Assembly (NCBI GenBank): GCA_034226945.1 | Contig: CP120464.1 | Coordinates: 434,001 to 498,000, forward strand | Direction of reading: 5' to 3' | DNA from: Picochlorum sp. SENEW3 | Taxonomy: Eukaryota | DNA: 64,000 nt | Part shown: positions 34,735-46,842 of the stretch, one piece after another | How positions within the stretch are numbered: position 1 is the first letter of the stretch | How the letters are laid out: every line of letters begins with the position of its first letter | Notes under the pieces: generated by a model | Told to the model about the DNA's origin: nothing | The model's database searches: none | The model's input: only the letters and a program-made list of their open reading frames with translations | Position numbers and translations under genes: made by a program

Positions 34735-36090
34735 TTAATTAGGGAAGGAAGCAAGCCTCTGGGCACACACGGCAACCTTGTCTGGTCTCACAGCCTCAAG
34801 CAGTGAGATCTCGATGTCCTCTGTGTCGTGCTTGACTCTGTTTATGTGCTCGTTGTGTCTTTGGCACGCAAACAAGGCGATCCCAGGCGCGATCAATGCA
34901 GCTTCTTTGGCCCCTGAACCTCTCAGTTCTGTCAAGGTTTTGAATTGGATGTCATTGAAGGCTGGGGACCACGAGTCGATAGTTTTATACATGGCTCGTG
35001 CCGACTTCCTCAAAGATTCTACACTGAACTGGTTCTGGAAAAATGTCTCAGGCGCAATACCTCGATGTTCATCTTCCCATTTCGAAATGAGCTCAGCGTA
35101 CGCAGCAGCCACATATTGAACAAGCTGCTCAAACCCAATGCTTGGTTCGGCCAGCTTCAAGAGCATCATGGACAGCATCTTCAGATCATTTCTGGTCCTA
35201 GTAACGACTTGGAGGTCACTGGAGGCGTCGTATTGAAAGGAATCAATCCCATCCCATGTTCCAAATTCCTCCAACTGCCTGCACTGGCCATAGAAGTTGT
35301 TTGTGGCCATCTCTCCACCGAGAATGGCAGCCAATGTTATCAACATATCGTCTCCTTCAATGATCGTCTCGATTGATCCCGTCAGAGAACCCAACAGACT
35401 GTCGGCATGAGCGGAAGCATCTTCATCCACCTCCATGCTCAGGAATGGCGTCCCCACTGCAATGGTCTTTTGTCCATCAACCATTTCTCCTTCTTCCTGG
35501 TCTACAATGAGGATAGGATATTCCATACATTCCATCGGATTATCATCATTCTCTGGGAGATTTGGTGCATGTCCAAGCGCAAAAGACCTTGGAAAAGACA
35601 TAGTTTGCCCCTGCAAGGTCCCTTTTGCTTGGCCCAAGTCTCGGTCTTCCTCATCCATATATGACTCTCCTGACAGATTAACATCAGTATCGCTTTGCAA
35701 AGGCAAGTTTGGCAAAACATCAATGAGAAACTCCAAACCGGTGTCCAGTCTGGGTGAGCGATGAGATCGGAAAGGGCTCAGCTCATCGTACCGTGGTACC
35801 ATGTTTGATTCGTCGATATCAGGCCCGGACGAACCAGATTCAGGGGATATGGAGATGTCTGCATGTGGGAAATTGTCGTGGGTGTTTCTCGCTTGATCGC
35901 TTCTTCTTCTCTTTCTTCTTCCAAACAAAGACGACGAAGGGCTTCTGTCCTGCACAATTACAAATACATTCATATTAATATATACATCTATCGTATAAAA
36001 GTATTCCAACGTGTGGGATTTCAAGAGTTGCACGTTCAGACGATTCGATCGCAAAACCGTGTTCAGATGAAAATCCAATCTACGCACCAT
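34735..36090 (-). CDS. Hypothetical acidic protein with a putative NLS (RRKRRR)
   Basis: Long ORF. The 5' end probably contains an intron, so the start is uncertain. No family recognised. Confidence 0.55.
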   Translation of the reverse strand: MVRRLDFHLNTVLRSNRLNVQLLKSHTLEYFYTIDVYINMNVFVIVQDRSPSSSLFGRRKRRRSDQARNTHDNFPHADISISPESGSSGPDIDESNMVPRYDELSPFRSHRSPRLDTGLEFLIDVLPNLPLQSDTDVNLSGESYMDEEDRDLGQAKGTLQGQTMSFPRSFALGHAPNLPENDDNPMECMEYPILIVDQEEGEMVDGQKTIAVGTPFLSMEVDEDASAHADSLLGSLTGSIETIIEGDDMLITLAAILGGEMATNNFYGQCRQLEEFGTWDGIDSFQYDASSDLQVVTRTRNDLKMLSMMLLKLAEPSIGFEQLVQYVAAAYAELISKWEDEHRGIAPETFFQNQFSVESLRKSARAMYKTIDSWSPAFNDIQFKTLTELRGSGAKEAALIAPGIALFACQRHNEHINRVKHDTEDIEISLLEAVRPDKVAVCAQRLASFPN

Positions 36091-37063
36091 TAAACGTCGA
36101 TCAAAGAAGTTTATTATTTGCTTTTAGATTAAAATCGGATCTGTGAAAAAGATTGAATGAACAGAGCTGTCAATCAATCTCAATTTGTTTTAAAACTGAC
36201 TTCGGGACGAAGCGCCCTCACCATTTGGCTTAGTACGATTCGACCCTGGACAGGCAGACTGCTGTCTTCCCATGAAATGTTTGTCCGATAGGAAAATCTC
36301 AAACACCTTCATTGTTCCATTCCTCCCATGAAATACGCGCCCGATGGGACATTCAAATTTGCATTTCAAATGCGGACAGTTCTACACTATTCCACCAATG
36401 TGCATGTAAGAGCCATGTTCAGTCCTTAAATGATGGGTAAAAAGGATCATTATCATAGTAGTATTGTACTCGTGCGACGTCATCGACGGAATTCGTCTTC
36501 CCGCCATACACTTCCGTAATAATAAAACAAACATTCGAATGCAGCTACGATTGACCCAAGAATACTGGGTCCCACGGCGTGGATACAGTACCATTTAATT
36601 GTATTTCATTTCTTTTGATCGATATATCAAGGTAGGTCGTTATTGTCGTTGCTAGAGTCCGCATCAGTGTCCTCCGTGGACACACGTGGCACTGCGCAAA
36701 CGTCAACCAATGATGCCTTTACATACATTTCTATATTTAAATACTACATTTTTGTCACAAAAACGAGTTTCTGTGCAATGTAGGGATGTCATGGTCAACG
36801 CGTTGACACCTTGAGAGAGGGTTGCTCTTTCCACTTGTACATATTTATTCCATTCGTGCATACATTCTTTCGCTTTAGGTTGTTTATATTTAACTAGGAT
36901 GAGAAAGTCGAGTACTTGGACCACTTTTCCCACCGAATTGACCAGGAGCAGCCCTGAGTTGCTTCTCCATCAGCACAGGCATACAGCATCTGGGCTTTTA
37001 TTTGGGGATTTTGGTGGTTCTAATGGACGTCGAGTGGTTGAGTCAGTGGGTAAGGCGACCAAG

Positions 37064-38530
37064 ATGATTCGCAGTGCGTCGTATGCACGACTTCGAGCGG
37101 TACGGCAGGCTCGTTTGCATTCACGAGAAGCATTGTTGTGGTGCTTGCTCTTTTTCATGTGGGCATCAATGATGAGGAGTGATGGGAGTATTGGAGCTCC
37201 TTTTGGAATAATCACGTCAGTTTTAGAGGGAAAGAGGGCTCCCGGGGAGCCTCCTCATAGACACGCATATCTTCCAGAGGCTGAAGTATATCGGCATAGT
37301 CAGGATGAGTGTGGAGATGTGCTTGGGATTCCCAGAGTGGCTCTGTTGTTTCTGACGACTGGTGATTTGTATCATGAATCGTCGTGGAGGTTATGGCTCC
37401 GTTCGGCAGAAGGATTGATTCCCTCTCAAGTTGTGGCTCACAGAGTGTGTAATTCAACGTCAGGGGTGGTTGTGCCTGCATCATGCTTGCTGAAATCAAA
37501 TGGATATGATGCAGAGTACAAAAATCAACACTTGTTCTCGATTTATGTTCATGCGCCCCCTTCATTTGAAGGATACGATCCGGCGTCGTTGTGGCATGGG
37601 AAAATTGTGGATTACAGGGTGGCTACAGAGTGGGGGGCGCATACGTTGGTGGAGGCCACACGTCATCTTCTGTGGGAGGCATTCAAAGATCCTTTGAATA
37701 CGAGATTTTTACTCCTTTCGGAGTCTGACATTCCTATTTATGATCCACTGACGATGTATCAGCAGCTTCAGGCTGAGAATTCTTCGAGGCTTGATACATG
37801 TGTGCATGAGAGTACCAGTCCATGGAGATGGCACCCAAGGATGGAGACGAAAAGGCTCAAGTTCCACCACTGGCGAAAGAGCCCACAATGGATGACATTG
37901 ACAAGACAGCATGTAGAATTAGCTTTGAGCGATAAGGAAGTGTATCGGATGTTTGAAAGGCACTGTTGGAGTGCCTGGGATGATGAGCACTCAAGATGGC
38001 ACAGAGATTGTTTTTCTGATGAACACTACTTTGCAACGCTTCTAGCAAGTCATGATAAAGACTCGGAAGGAATTTGTGAGAGTAGAGGAGTGAGTTTTAC
38101 ATCCTGGGAAGCAAAGAGTGCCCATCCAAAGGCGTACAGCGGGAACGAGATTTCACCAGATTTGATCTACCAGGCTCGTGCAGCGTCAAAATCAATCAAT
38201 GGGAGACCATTTCCGGAATGTAAATGGCACGAAGCCCAAGAGACTGCGCGGTCCCTGTTCCATCCTGCTGCTGAAGTTTCAGGAAATGAAGCTCTCTGTG
38301 AATCATTCGGAATCAAGGAGCCATCTTTTGAGGCTCAACTGCCAGACACGTGTTTCCTCACTGCTCGTAAATTTGGCAAAGATTCTGTGTTTGCCGTGAG
38401 AAAGCTGTTCTTGCATTGCGATGAGGATATCAGTTTGATATCTAGAGATGTCTGTTTGAAAGAAGGGGGAACAATATGTAATTCTCTGTTGGGGAGGATT
38501 AAAACAATTTTCTACAAAGATGCGTGCTAA
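37064..38530 (+). CDS. GT14-like glycosyltransferase (core-2/I-branching, DUF266/BC10-like)
   Basis: RVALLFLT, LFSIYVH, TEWG...LVEATRHLL, FLLLSESDIPIY, KSPQW, DEHYFATLL, ARKF; N-terminal TM. Confidence 0.88.
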   Translation: MIRSASYARLRAVRQARLHSREALLWCLLFFMWASMMRSDGSIGAPFGIITSVLEGKRAPGEPPHRHAYLPEAEVYRHSQDECGDVLGIPRVALLFLTTGDLYHESSWRLWLRSAEGLIPSQVVAHRVCNSTSGVVVPASCLLKSNGYDAEYKNQHLFSIYVHAPPSFEGYDPASLWHGKIVDYRVATEWGAHTLVEATRHLLWEAFKDPLNTRFLLLSESDIPIYDPLTMYQQLQAENSSRLDTCVHESTSPWRWHPRMETKRLKFHHWRKSPQWMTLTRQHVELALSDKEVYRMFERHCWSAWDDEHSRWHRDCFSDEHYFATLLASHDKDSEGICESRGVSFTSWEAKSAHPKAYSGNEISPDLIYQARAASKSINGRPFPECKWHEAQETARSLFHPAAEVSGNEALCESFGIKEPSFEAQLPDTCFLTARKFGKDSVFAVRKLFLHCDEDISLISRDVCLKEGGTICNSLLGRIKTIFYKDAC

Positions 38531-38618
38531 TACATACTTTTTCGGATACACACATAGGCATGACCTATTTATGACTGAATACTTGTCATGTAATGTTACA
38601 CATAGCGATTGAATTGAG

Positions 38619-39569
38619 TTATGCCCTGGCCTTGTCAATTGTTGTTTTAATAGATTGGAACACAGTGTCCATATCCTTTGCTCCATCAATTTCAACAAGC
38701 TGATCCTTGTAGTAACCCACCACAGCCTCCACATTCTTGTGGTATGTATCCAGACGTCTTCTAACCATTTCCTCAGTGTCGTCACTTCTCTGCTCCAATC
38801 TGTCTACAATCTCTGGTGGAGGTGGTTTGAATTTGAGGTGATAAATCTCACCAGTCTCTGGGTCATTGCGGCGACCAACAACTCGCTCAACCAAGTCCTC
38901 ATCTGGCACGTTGACAAGCAAAAAGACATCTGGTCTGATGTCTTCAGCTTCAATAGCCTCAGCCTGCTCTGCGGATCTTGGATATCCATCCAAAAGCCAT
39001 CCATGTTCCACAACAGCTGGCTCGGCCAACTTGTTCTTCACCATTTCCACAACAACCTCGTTTGGAACAAGGTCACCATTGTCCATGTAGGACTTGGCCT
39101 TTTTACCGGCAGCAGTGCCAGCGGCTACTTCAGCCCTCAACAAATCTCCGACTGAGATATGAACAAGACCATATTCCTCCACGATGCGTGCGCATTGAGT
39201 TCCCTTACCGGCAGCTGGGGCACCAGCAATCATGACTTTCAGTGGAGCTGCTCCACTGGCATTGACTCCTTTGCTGGCAGCACTTGTGACTGCAGATGCC
39301 TTGGCTCCGCTTTGCTTTTCTGCAGATCATAGATCGTTCACATAGTAGCACAGTATTCAGAAAATCGGCTGCCAGCAAATCGTACAGCTGGATAACAGGA
39401 GAGTTTGGGTAGACCAAGGAAAGCACGCACCGCTACTAAAACACTGTCCCATATTGCGCCTTCTTGATACACGAAATGATGCACTTTTATTCAATGAAAC
39501 GTTTGATGGCTTGGATCTAGTTTGTACTGATGGTTGAGTTCTGGTGCTTGGGGTCGCCGTCAAGAGCAT
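38619..39569 (-). CDS. Adenylate kinase, probably plastidial
   Basis: MIAGAPAAGKGTQ, HISVGDLLR, WLLDGYPR, RRNDPETGEIYH, QRSDD. Transit-peptide exon upstream. Confidence 0.93.
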
Positions 39570-39819
39570 AGCTATGTCAAAGATTGCTCGATTTGTACTC
39601 GGCACTGTAAATTCGTACCCGATCTAAAATTTGAATTGATTTAACGACCAATCGTGACCAGATCAGGTGTTTGTAGTGCAAATCGGTGTGGATGTGGAGG
39701 TTCAATGTCAATCCATCTAGATGACACATTCACAGCCATAGGATTTGCTCGCCATAGCCAGGGTACCCAACATTAAAGAATGCTTGCATTGACATTGTGA
39801 TGGAACAAATACTCCTAAC

Positions 39820-42800
39820 ATGGTTCAGAGAGGTCGAGGGAGGAAGCGAAACAGTGATGGGCCAAAGTCAAAGACGACTTTGGCCAAAGACAAGGGTTTG
39901 TTGGAGGAGGACGACTCGGAGGACTACATTCCTTCGGAAGAAGAGGACGACGAGGATTCGTTACATGGATCATTAAATTTAGTAGATGAGGATGACATTG
40001 TAGATCAGCCTAGCAACGAGGTTCAGTCGGTGGATGAAGACAAACCTGGGCCTTCAAAACCAGCTGGGAAGAAGAACAGAAAGAGAAAGACACCAAAGCC
40101 CAAGGCAGACAAGAGTAAAAGCGATGAAGAAAATGTATGGGGTCCTTTCGATGATGATGAGGATCTTAATCCCGAGGATTTTACATTTACAAGAGAGTTG
40201 AAAGAGGCGGATCCGCCAGAGGGATTGCTCATGGATCTGTTGCCGTTCCAAAGGCAATTTTTGTCTTTTGCTTTAGAGCAAGAGCACGGTCCTTTAAAAG
40301 GTGGTATTTTAGCGGATGAGGTATGTCATATATGCATGCATGTGTACATGTATGTGAATTGGGAAACAGGGAATTGTACATGCCTGTGTAGATGGGAATG
40401 GGAAAGACGATTCAAGCTATAAGTTTGATCATGGCTAATCAAAAGGACAAGGATACAATGCATGGGTATGACTGGTCACAAAAGGCGAAAGAAATATCCC
40501 CAGGACAGAATACGTGTGAAAAGGCAAATGATAATCAACTTGGAAATCTATCGCTGAAACTGGCAGGTGCACCACCAACTCAAGAGCAACCTACAAAGAA
40601 TCTTCCAGTACAGCCAAAAAAAGAGTCCAAAATACTTGAACAAGAAGAAAAAGAAGATTTGGAAAAAGTACATAAAGAAAAAGAACAAGTAGAAGCAGAA
40701 GAAGTTATTGAGCCCAAGAAGAAAAAAGGCAGAAAGGGAAAGGCAGTGAAGAAAGAGGATCCATTGACAGTGCAGTGTCATGCAGAATACGATGAAACTA
40801 AAGAGTATTGCGGTGCAACGTTGGTAGTATGTCCTTTAGTGGCAGTAGTTCAATGGGTGAATGAAATCGCACGGCACACAGTCCCAGGATCCCTCAAAGT
40901 TGCCGTGTACCAAGGTCCCAAGCGATCCAACAATGCAGCAGCGCTGTCGAATGCAGATGTCGTCATCACAACGTACAACACGCTTGAAGCAGATTTTAGA
41001 AAGGCAATGCTACCGACAAAAATAGCATGTAGATATTGTGGAAAAAAGTATTACCCTGATCGACTCAAGGTTCATTTACGGTTCTTTTGTGGACCAGATG
41101 CCATGAAGAGTGAAGCACTTGCAAAACAGCAAAAGAAGAAGAAGAAGACACAACCAGTGCACCAGAAGAAAAAGACGAAAAAGACTAAAACAGTCGATGA
41201 GGACGAATCTTTCTCTTCAAGTGAAAGTGATGGTGATGATGATTACCTCGATCAAGATTTATCGTTTGAGGATCTGGATGCGGAAGAGGCTGTAAAAGCT
41301 GCTGAAAAGCTGGTTGGGGCAGGAGATTGGGATGATGAAGCTGCTGTGCAGGCAGCAAAAATGATAGCAGCAGACATATCTGCGAGAGAAAAGTATACAG
41401 AAAAGGAAAAACCAGTATCTGTTATACATCAAATAAATTGGCGACGAATCATCCTTGACGAAGCACATGCCATCAAGGGACGAAATACAAACACCTCAAA
41501 AGCAGTATTTGCTCTCCAGTCCTTGTACAGATGGTCCCTGTCAGGAACTCCTCTTCAGAATAGGATTTCAGAGCTATATTCACTAATCAGATTCCTCAGG
41601 TTAAATCCATACTCGTATTACTTCTGCAGCAAATGCAAGCACGACTGTATGTCATTGGAGTATCCATTCAAACGGACCATGCAGGAGGAGTTTGTCAGCC
41701 ATAAATCAACCTGTGACCAATGCAGCCATGGTCCAATGTCTCATTTCTGCTGGTGGAACAAACATATTTCAAATCCGATACAACGGCACGGCTTCAAAGG
41801 AAAAGGAACAAAAGCAATGGTGATACTGAAACATGTTTTGAGCAAAATCTGTCTTCGGAGAACCAAGATTCAAGAAGCAAATACGTTGGCATTACCCCCA
41901 CGGGCCGTCTTCCTGAGAAGGGATTCGCTCAGTGAGGCAGAAAGAGACTATTACGAAGCTTTATACACGCAGTCAAAGGTTCAATTTGGATCGTATGTGG
42001 GTGCAGGAACTTTGCTCAATAACTATGCTCATATTTTTGACCTCTTGATACGATTGCGACAGGCGCTCAATCACCCATATCTGGTCATCTTTAGCAACAC
42101 AGCCATGCTCGAAGCAAAAGAGAAGCAACAGGAGGAGAATGATGTGTGTGCCATCTGTCGAGATCCCCCTGAGGATCCAATCACATCCCATTGTGGGCAT
42201 TCCTTTTGCCGCCTGTGTGCCATTGATCTGCTTGGGGCTGCAGAAGAAGAATCCTCCACTACATGCCCCACCTGTGATGCACCCTTATCGATTGAACTCC
42301 ACGCACACACGGTAGTGGATAATAATAAAGGAAAACCTGCAAGAAAGAGATCCTCACAAGCAAGCTTTTTGTCCAGATTGGATTTAAAAAAGTTTGAGTC
42401 ATCCACAAAAATAGAGGCGCTCAGAGAAGAACTTAATGCCATGCTTGCATCGGACCCAAGCGCCAAAGCCATCGTATTCTCCCAATTCACATCCATGCTG
42501 GATCTTATTTGGTATAGACTGGAACAAACAGGCATCAAATGTGTCAAACTCAGCGGGTCAATGACCTTGAAGGCACGAGAGCAAGCCATCAACTCGTTTT
42601 CCAACGATCCAGACATCAAAGTATTTCTCATGTCACTCAAAGCAGGAGGCGTGGCATTAAATCTTACAGCTGCAAGCCACTGTTACATTATGGATGTTTG
42701 GTGGAATGATGCTATGCAGAGCCAAGCTATGGATCGAATACACAGATTGGGCCAGTTCAGACCAATGACTTGTGTCAAATTCATCATCGAGGGAACCATC

Positions 42801-42920
42801 GAAGAACGTATTCTCAAACTTCAAGAAAAGAAAAGACTCATCTTTGAAGCAACTGTGGGAGGAGATGCATCTGCCATCCATAAATTGACAGAGGATGATA
42901 TGAAATTCTTGTTCAAGTAA
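39820..42920 (+). CDS. RAD16: SNF2-family helicase with RING finger, RAD16-like
   Basis: GGILADE|MGMGKT (intron 40321-40391), ILDEAH, LSGTPLQN, C3HC4 RING, SSTKIEALREEL, SLKAGGVALNL, QAMDRIHRLGQ. Confidence 0.88.
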
Positions 42921-43200
42921 AATCCAACTGATGCTCCAACATTGTGTTGAACTAGCATAAGATGCAAATCTATGATGTATGTAGCTCATCAATAAAAAAG
43001 ATTCTGATTTTGACATACAAGGAGTAAATAAGAGTATAGTATTAGACAAGAGAACATATGTCATACAATCAAGCCTCCATTTGTCTAAGGCATGCGAGGA
43101 TAAACCTGTAATCACAAGTGTAACTTTCGTCAAAGGACAGACTCGATGATTGCATGGTTCGGGACATTCCTTCCCACTGAAAGACACCATACAATATCAC

Positions 43201-44526
43201 TCAAATCAAATACAGACACCAAAGAAAAATGAAGCTCAGCATTCCCGCGACCGTCTTGAACGAAGAAAAAGAAGAAGAAGAAGAAGACGGCGACAAAGGA
43301 GCTGGAGCATCAGCTGAACCACCATTCTTTTGAATTGCCTTGATTGCAAATGCAGATTTTGGCTGAACCGGATAAAACTCAACAACCTCTCCTTGTTTGG
43401 ACATCTCTTGTAAATCCACACTGTTCCACACACTATCTCGAGGCGCTTTGTAATAATACAATCCATCCTCTGAAGACCTCAAGTACATCATCTCTGTGTC
43501 ATAAAATCCTTCCACAGAATCAGGCTCAATATCCCCATTTAAAATCGACATCGGAACGATCACACTATACATCATGTTCTCAGCACGCTTCAACGCTTTG
43601 AATGTATCAAAAGGTACATCTGGAGGGGCATTGGCTGGATCTGCTGGAGACCATATGCCTGAAGATGGCCACATGTATCTACTACACTCCTGAAGAGCAG
43701 TAAACATTCTCAGGAATCGATCCTGAGATTCTGTATTATAGGGCATCGCAACTCCTTCTCTATCACTCAAATACTCCTCCGCAGCAGGAACTGCAAAGTC
43801 GAGCTGCTGTTGGAGCGAGGGCTCATTTGCCATCACCTGTGAGTCCAACAAGTCATATCCAGGCTCATCTTCCCCACGGCCCTGGAAAATAAGACCTGCT
43901 CCAGTCTTATCCGTTAAAAAGACTTGGAAGGTAAACAAATACGTATCCGTCTCTCCAGGAACCTGTGACACTCGACCGTTGAGACCACCTGTAAGGCTTT
44001 CTGCCAGAACAGGATTCTTGACCGTTGATGTCACTACACGTGAGCCCTCTTGCCCATACACTGCTTTTATCTCCTCAATAGATGAGAAATTAGCCAACAC
44101 AATTTGAATAAAATCCACAAAAGGGACAGAACCGGGCGCATCAGACTGCTCTGGATTCCAAAACCCTGCTGTCCCCTGTGTAAAAATACCAAACGTAAGC
44201 CCTTGCTCATTCATGCCATCTACAGACAGTCTGACACCATCGATATCGAAACTATGCGATATAAATCCATATTTCACAGGAAATGAACCCGTATCAGTCA
44301 CAATTGATCCTCCAGCAGGAACAAATTTCATGGACCCCTGTTCGAATATCGTGTCTGCCTCAAAATCAAGGGTTCTGAACGATACGGATGGCAATGTATC
44401 ATTGCAATTCACAACTGCTGCTGAGCACGCATCAACAATGCGTACAGAGTTCCAAGTAAAGATACACAAGACAGATACAACATGTTGTGTACACAGAAAC
44501 GCAGGACGCGTCGAATTGCTGCGCAC
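43201..44526 (-). CDS. Ntn hydrolase of the choloylglycine hydrolase / penicillin V acylase family, with a C-terminal GPI-like signal; start unresolved
   Basis: VDA|CS (N-terminal nucleophile Cys), RTLDF, DGMNEQGL, ANEP, SQDRFLR. Ser-rich spacer then a hydrophobic tail. Confidence 0.8.
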   Translation of the reverse strand: MRSNSTRPAFLCTQHVVSVLCIFTWNSVRIVDACSAAVVNCNDTLPSVSFRTLDFEADTIFEQGSMKFVPAGGSIVTDTGSFPVKYGFISHSFDIDGVRLSVDGMNEQGLTFGIFTQGTAGFWNPEQSDAPGSVPFVDFIQIVLANFSSIEEIKAVYGQEGSRVVTSTVKNPVLAESLTGGLNGRVSQVPGETDTYLFTFQVFLTDKTGAGLIFQGRGEDEPGYDLLDSQVMANEPSLQQQLDFAVPAAEEYLSDREGVAMPYNTESQDRFLRMFTALQECSRYMWPSSGIWSPADPANAPPDVPFDTFKALKRAENMMYSVIVPMSILNGDIEPDSVEGFYDTEMMYLRSSEDGLYYYKAPRDSVWNSVDLQEMSKQGEVVEFYPVQPKSAFAIKAIQKNGGSADAPAPLSPSSSSSSFSSFKTVAGMLSFIFLWCLYLI

Positions 44527-44575
44527 AACATTGTTACCGAGAATACGCTCTTAATTCATTCAATGCCTTTTAGTG

Positions 44576-44576
<1 letters not shown>

Positions 44577-44606
<30 letters not shown>
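44577..44606. repeat. (GAT)n microsatellite
   Basis: About 10 perfect GAT units. Confidence 0.9.
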
Positions 44607-44608
<2 letters not shown>

Positions 44609-45182
44609 ATGTAAGTAATTGATAATTCCGAGTCCTGCCTTGAGACACCAATGTGTCTCTCTGGTCACAGAAATCCCTCCGATGACGACACGGGATTATG
44701 TCAGATTTCTGCTACCCGGCCGGGTTCTACCTACCATCTAGTCTGCCATATATGGCACTGATCATCATCATCATCATCTTTGACTGGTATGGTACGTGGT
44801 ATACACCACCCTCGATTCTTTATATTGAATGAATCATACATGATACACACATACATGGTCATATGAGAACACCTGTCCCATCCTTAAAAGGATTTGATGT
44901 CAAATCCATTCATGATCAAGGGTTCATCATTTTGTGTCACGTATTCATGCACACCATCATCTTATAAAATATATATATATATTCATACATAATAATCTAT
45001 GTACAAGTAATGCATGGCCAAGGCGGTCTTGGCATTCGCGTGTGAAATTCACATGAGAATCAAAAAATTATATCACATTATTACGCGCGTGAAGGTTTCT
45101 TTTCAATACCTAAATAAGTATTTAATAAATAAAAATACTCCATTACTATAGTACAGAGAGAGAAGAAAGAAAGAAAGAAAGA

Positions 45183-45473
45183 ATGCATCGATACCTGTCA
45201 GTGCACTTTACAGTGCACGGCAGAGTGCAGGGAGTCTTTTTCAGAGCATATACTCGGGACAAGGCCACATCTCTTGGACTGGTGGGGTATTGTCGAAATA
45301 CACCTGAAGGGACTGTGCAGGGTGTTATTCAGGGAGTACAGGAATCCGTAGAATCCATGAAGCAATGGCTCAGGACTGAAGGATCTCCTCACAGTTCTAT
45401 TACTCACTGTGACTTTGCTCTAGAGGAACCAATGACGAGTCTTGACTATTCGACATTCGATGTGAGACGATGA
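45183..45473 (+). CDS. Acylphosphatase
   Basis: VHGRVQGVFFR, GLVGYCRNTPEGTV, GSPHSSI. Confidence 0.95.
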   Translation: MHRYLSVHFTVHGRVQGVFFRAYTRDKATSLGLVGYCRNTPEGTVQGVIQGVQESVESMKQWLRTEGSPHSSITHCDFALEEPMTSLDYSTFDVRR

Positions 45474-45537
45474 TATGCAAGAAAAAAACCAAAGGTTCTG
45501 TAGTGTATTTTTAGATAAATGGACACAACAAAAAATA

Positions 45538-46227
45538 TTAGTATTCCTTTTGTTCGAGTATGAAATGCCACATGGGTTCAGGGACGTGCTGGACAGACAG
45601 TCGCTTCATGGTGAACAGCGGCATGTCTGCTAATTCCTTGGTTGCATACTGCTTCAGATCCGACAAGTAGATTGGCGTCTCAAACTTTTCTTTCAACTGT
45701 ACATCCACATTATACCACACGGGAGCATCCCGTGTCGCCTTTGCATAGTAATATGGACTTTTTGGATCAAACTGGGTCTCATCTGGGTACGCTGTCTTCA
45801 CCACTTCTACCACCCCTACAATCCCGGGCTTTTTCGTATTACTCGCCCAGAAGAATGCCAGATCCCCTACTTGCATCCCTTGCATAATCTTCTTCGCTTG
45901 GTGATTCCTCACGCCGTCCCAAGGTTCAATCTGCTTGTCCCTCGATGCCAAGTCATCGATCGAAAAAACATCCGCCTCCGATTTCATCAAATAATACCCT
46001 CTTTTCGAACTAGTATCTATTTTTGATTTTTTATTATGCGAATCAGTGGGATGCGCATCGACTCTCCGTCTCTTTGCGGTTGGAGATGTGTCATTCGAAT
46101 GTTTTCCTGTGTCTCCCATGACAGTGCTCATTGGCTTTCTATGCCAAACGTATCCTACTGTTCTAATAGAAGCAGAAATTCTTCTCTGAGAAAATACTAT
46201 CGCCGTGCGTATCATGGAGGAATACAA
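45538..46227 (-). CDS. THYN1: EVE domain protein (thymocyte nuclear protein 1-like)
   Basis: YYLMKSEADVFSIDDL, WDGVRNHQA, AYPDETQFD, RLSVQHV. Confidence 0.88.
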   Translation of the reverse strand: MYSSMIRTAIVFSQRRISASIRTVGYVWHRKPMSTVMGDTGKHSNDTSPTAKRRRVDAHPTDSHNKKSKIDTSSKRGYYLMKSEADVFSIDDLASRDKQIEPWDGVRNHQAKKIMQGMQVGDLAFFWASNTKKPGIVGVVEVVKTAYPDETQFDPKSPYYYAKATRDAPVWYNVDVQLKEKFETPIYLSDLKQYATKELADMPLFTMKRLSVQHVPEPMWHFILEQKEY

Positions 46228-46297
46228 ACAAACATTTTGAAATGCCCCTTCTTCTTCCTCTTCTTCTTTAAGAAGATCTAGATCTGTATCATCATCA

Positions 46298-46735
46298 TCA
46301 AGAAGGAAGGTGGCCTGGTGGAGGTGGAGGTCGATGACCTCCCATCATCATCATCCCTGGCCCTCGACCACCCCCCATCATCATCATCATCCCAGGACCT
46401 GGCGCCGGTCGAGGGTGCTGTTGCTGCTGCTGCTGCTGTTGGTATTTTGCATACTGCCGACTCACTCGGCACGGTCTTCCATGGAAATCCATCCCATTCA
46501 TCCCATCGATGCATCTCTGTACAGCTTCCTGACTGTCCATATCAACAATCGCCATTCCTCGGCTCTTTCCACATGATTTGTCTTCGATGAATCGAATGTG
46601 AGAGACGCGTCCGTATTTGGAACATTCTGTCTCTATATCGACATCAGTGGTCCACCATTGTAAATTTGATATGAAAATGGCAGGGTATTCTTGTTCCTGG
46701 TGCTCTTGCTGCTGCTGCTGTTGTTGTTGGTCCAT
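46298..46735 (-). CDS. Small RRM protein, CPSF6/CFIm68-like RRM
   Basis: IFISNLQWWTTDVD...IRFIEDKSCGKSRG resembles the CPSF6/7 RRM; poly-Q and Met/Gly/Pro tail. Confidence 0.75.
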   Translation of the reverse strand: MDQQQQQQQQEHQEQEYPAIFISNLQWWTTDVDIETECSKYGRVSHIRFIEDKSCGKSRGMAIVDMDSQEAVQRCIDGMNGMDFHGRPCRVSRQYAKYQQQQQQQQHPRPAPGPGMMMMMGGGRGPGMMMMGGHRPPPPPGHLPS

Positions 46736-46842
46736 GAGTACTACGAGAGCAGCTTAAAAGTGTTCACGTGAGGGTGATTCGTCGCTACGTTTGATTACAA
46801 ACAAAAATAAGTACACTATGGATTCAATAAAAATGTATTTTA

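Noticed and set aside
44890..44908. 8-bp inverted repeat GGATTTGA-tg-TCAAATCC
   Set aside because: Short and isolated; could arise by chance in 64 kb.
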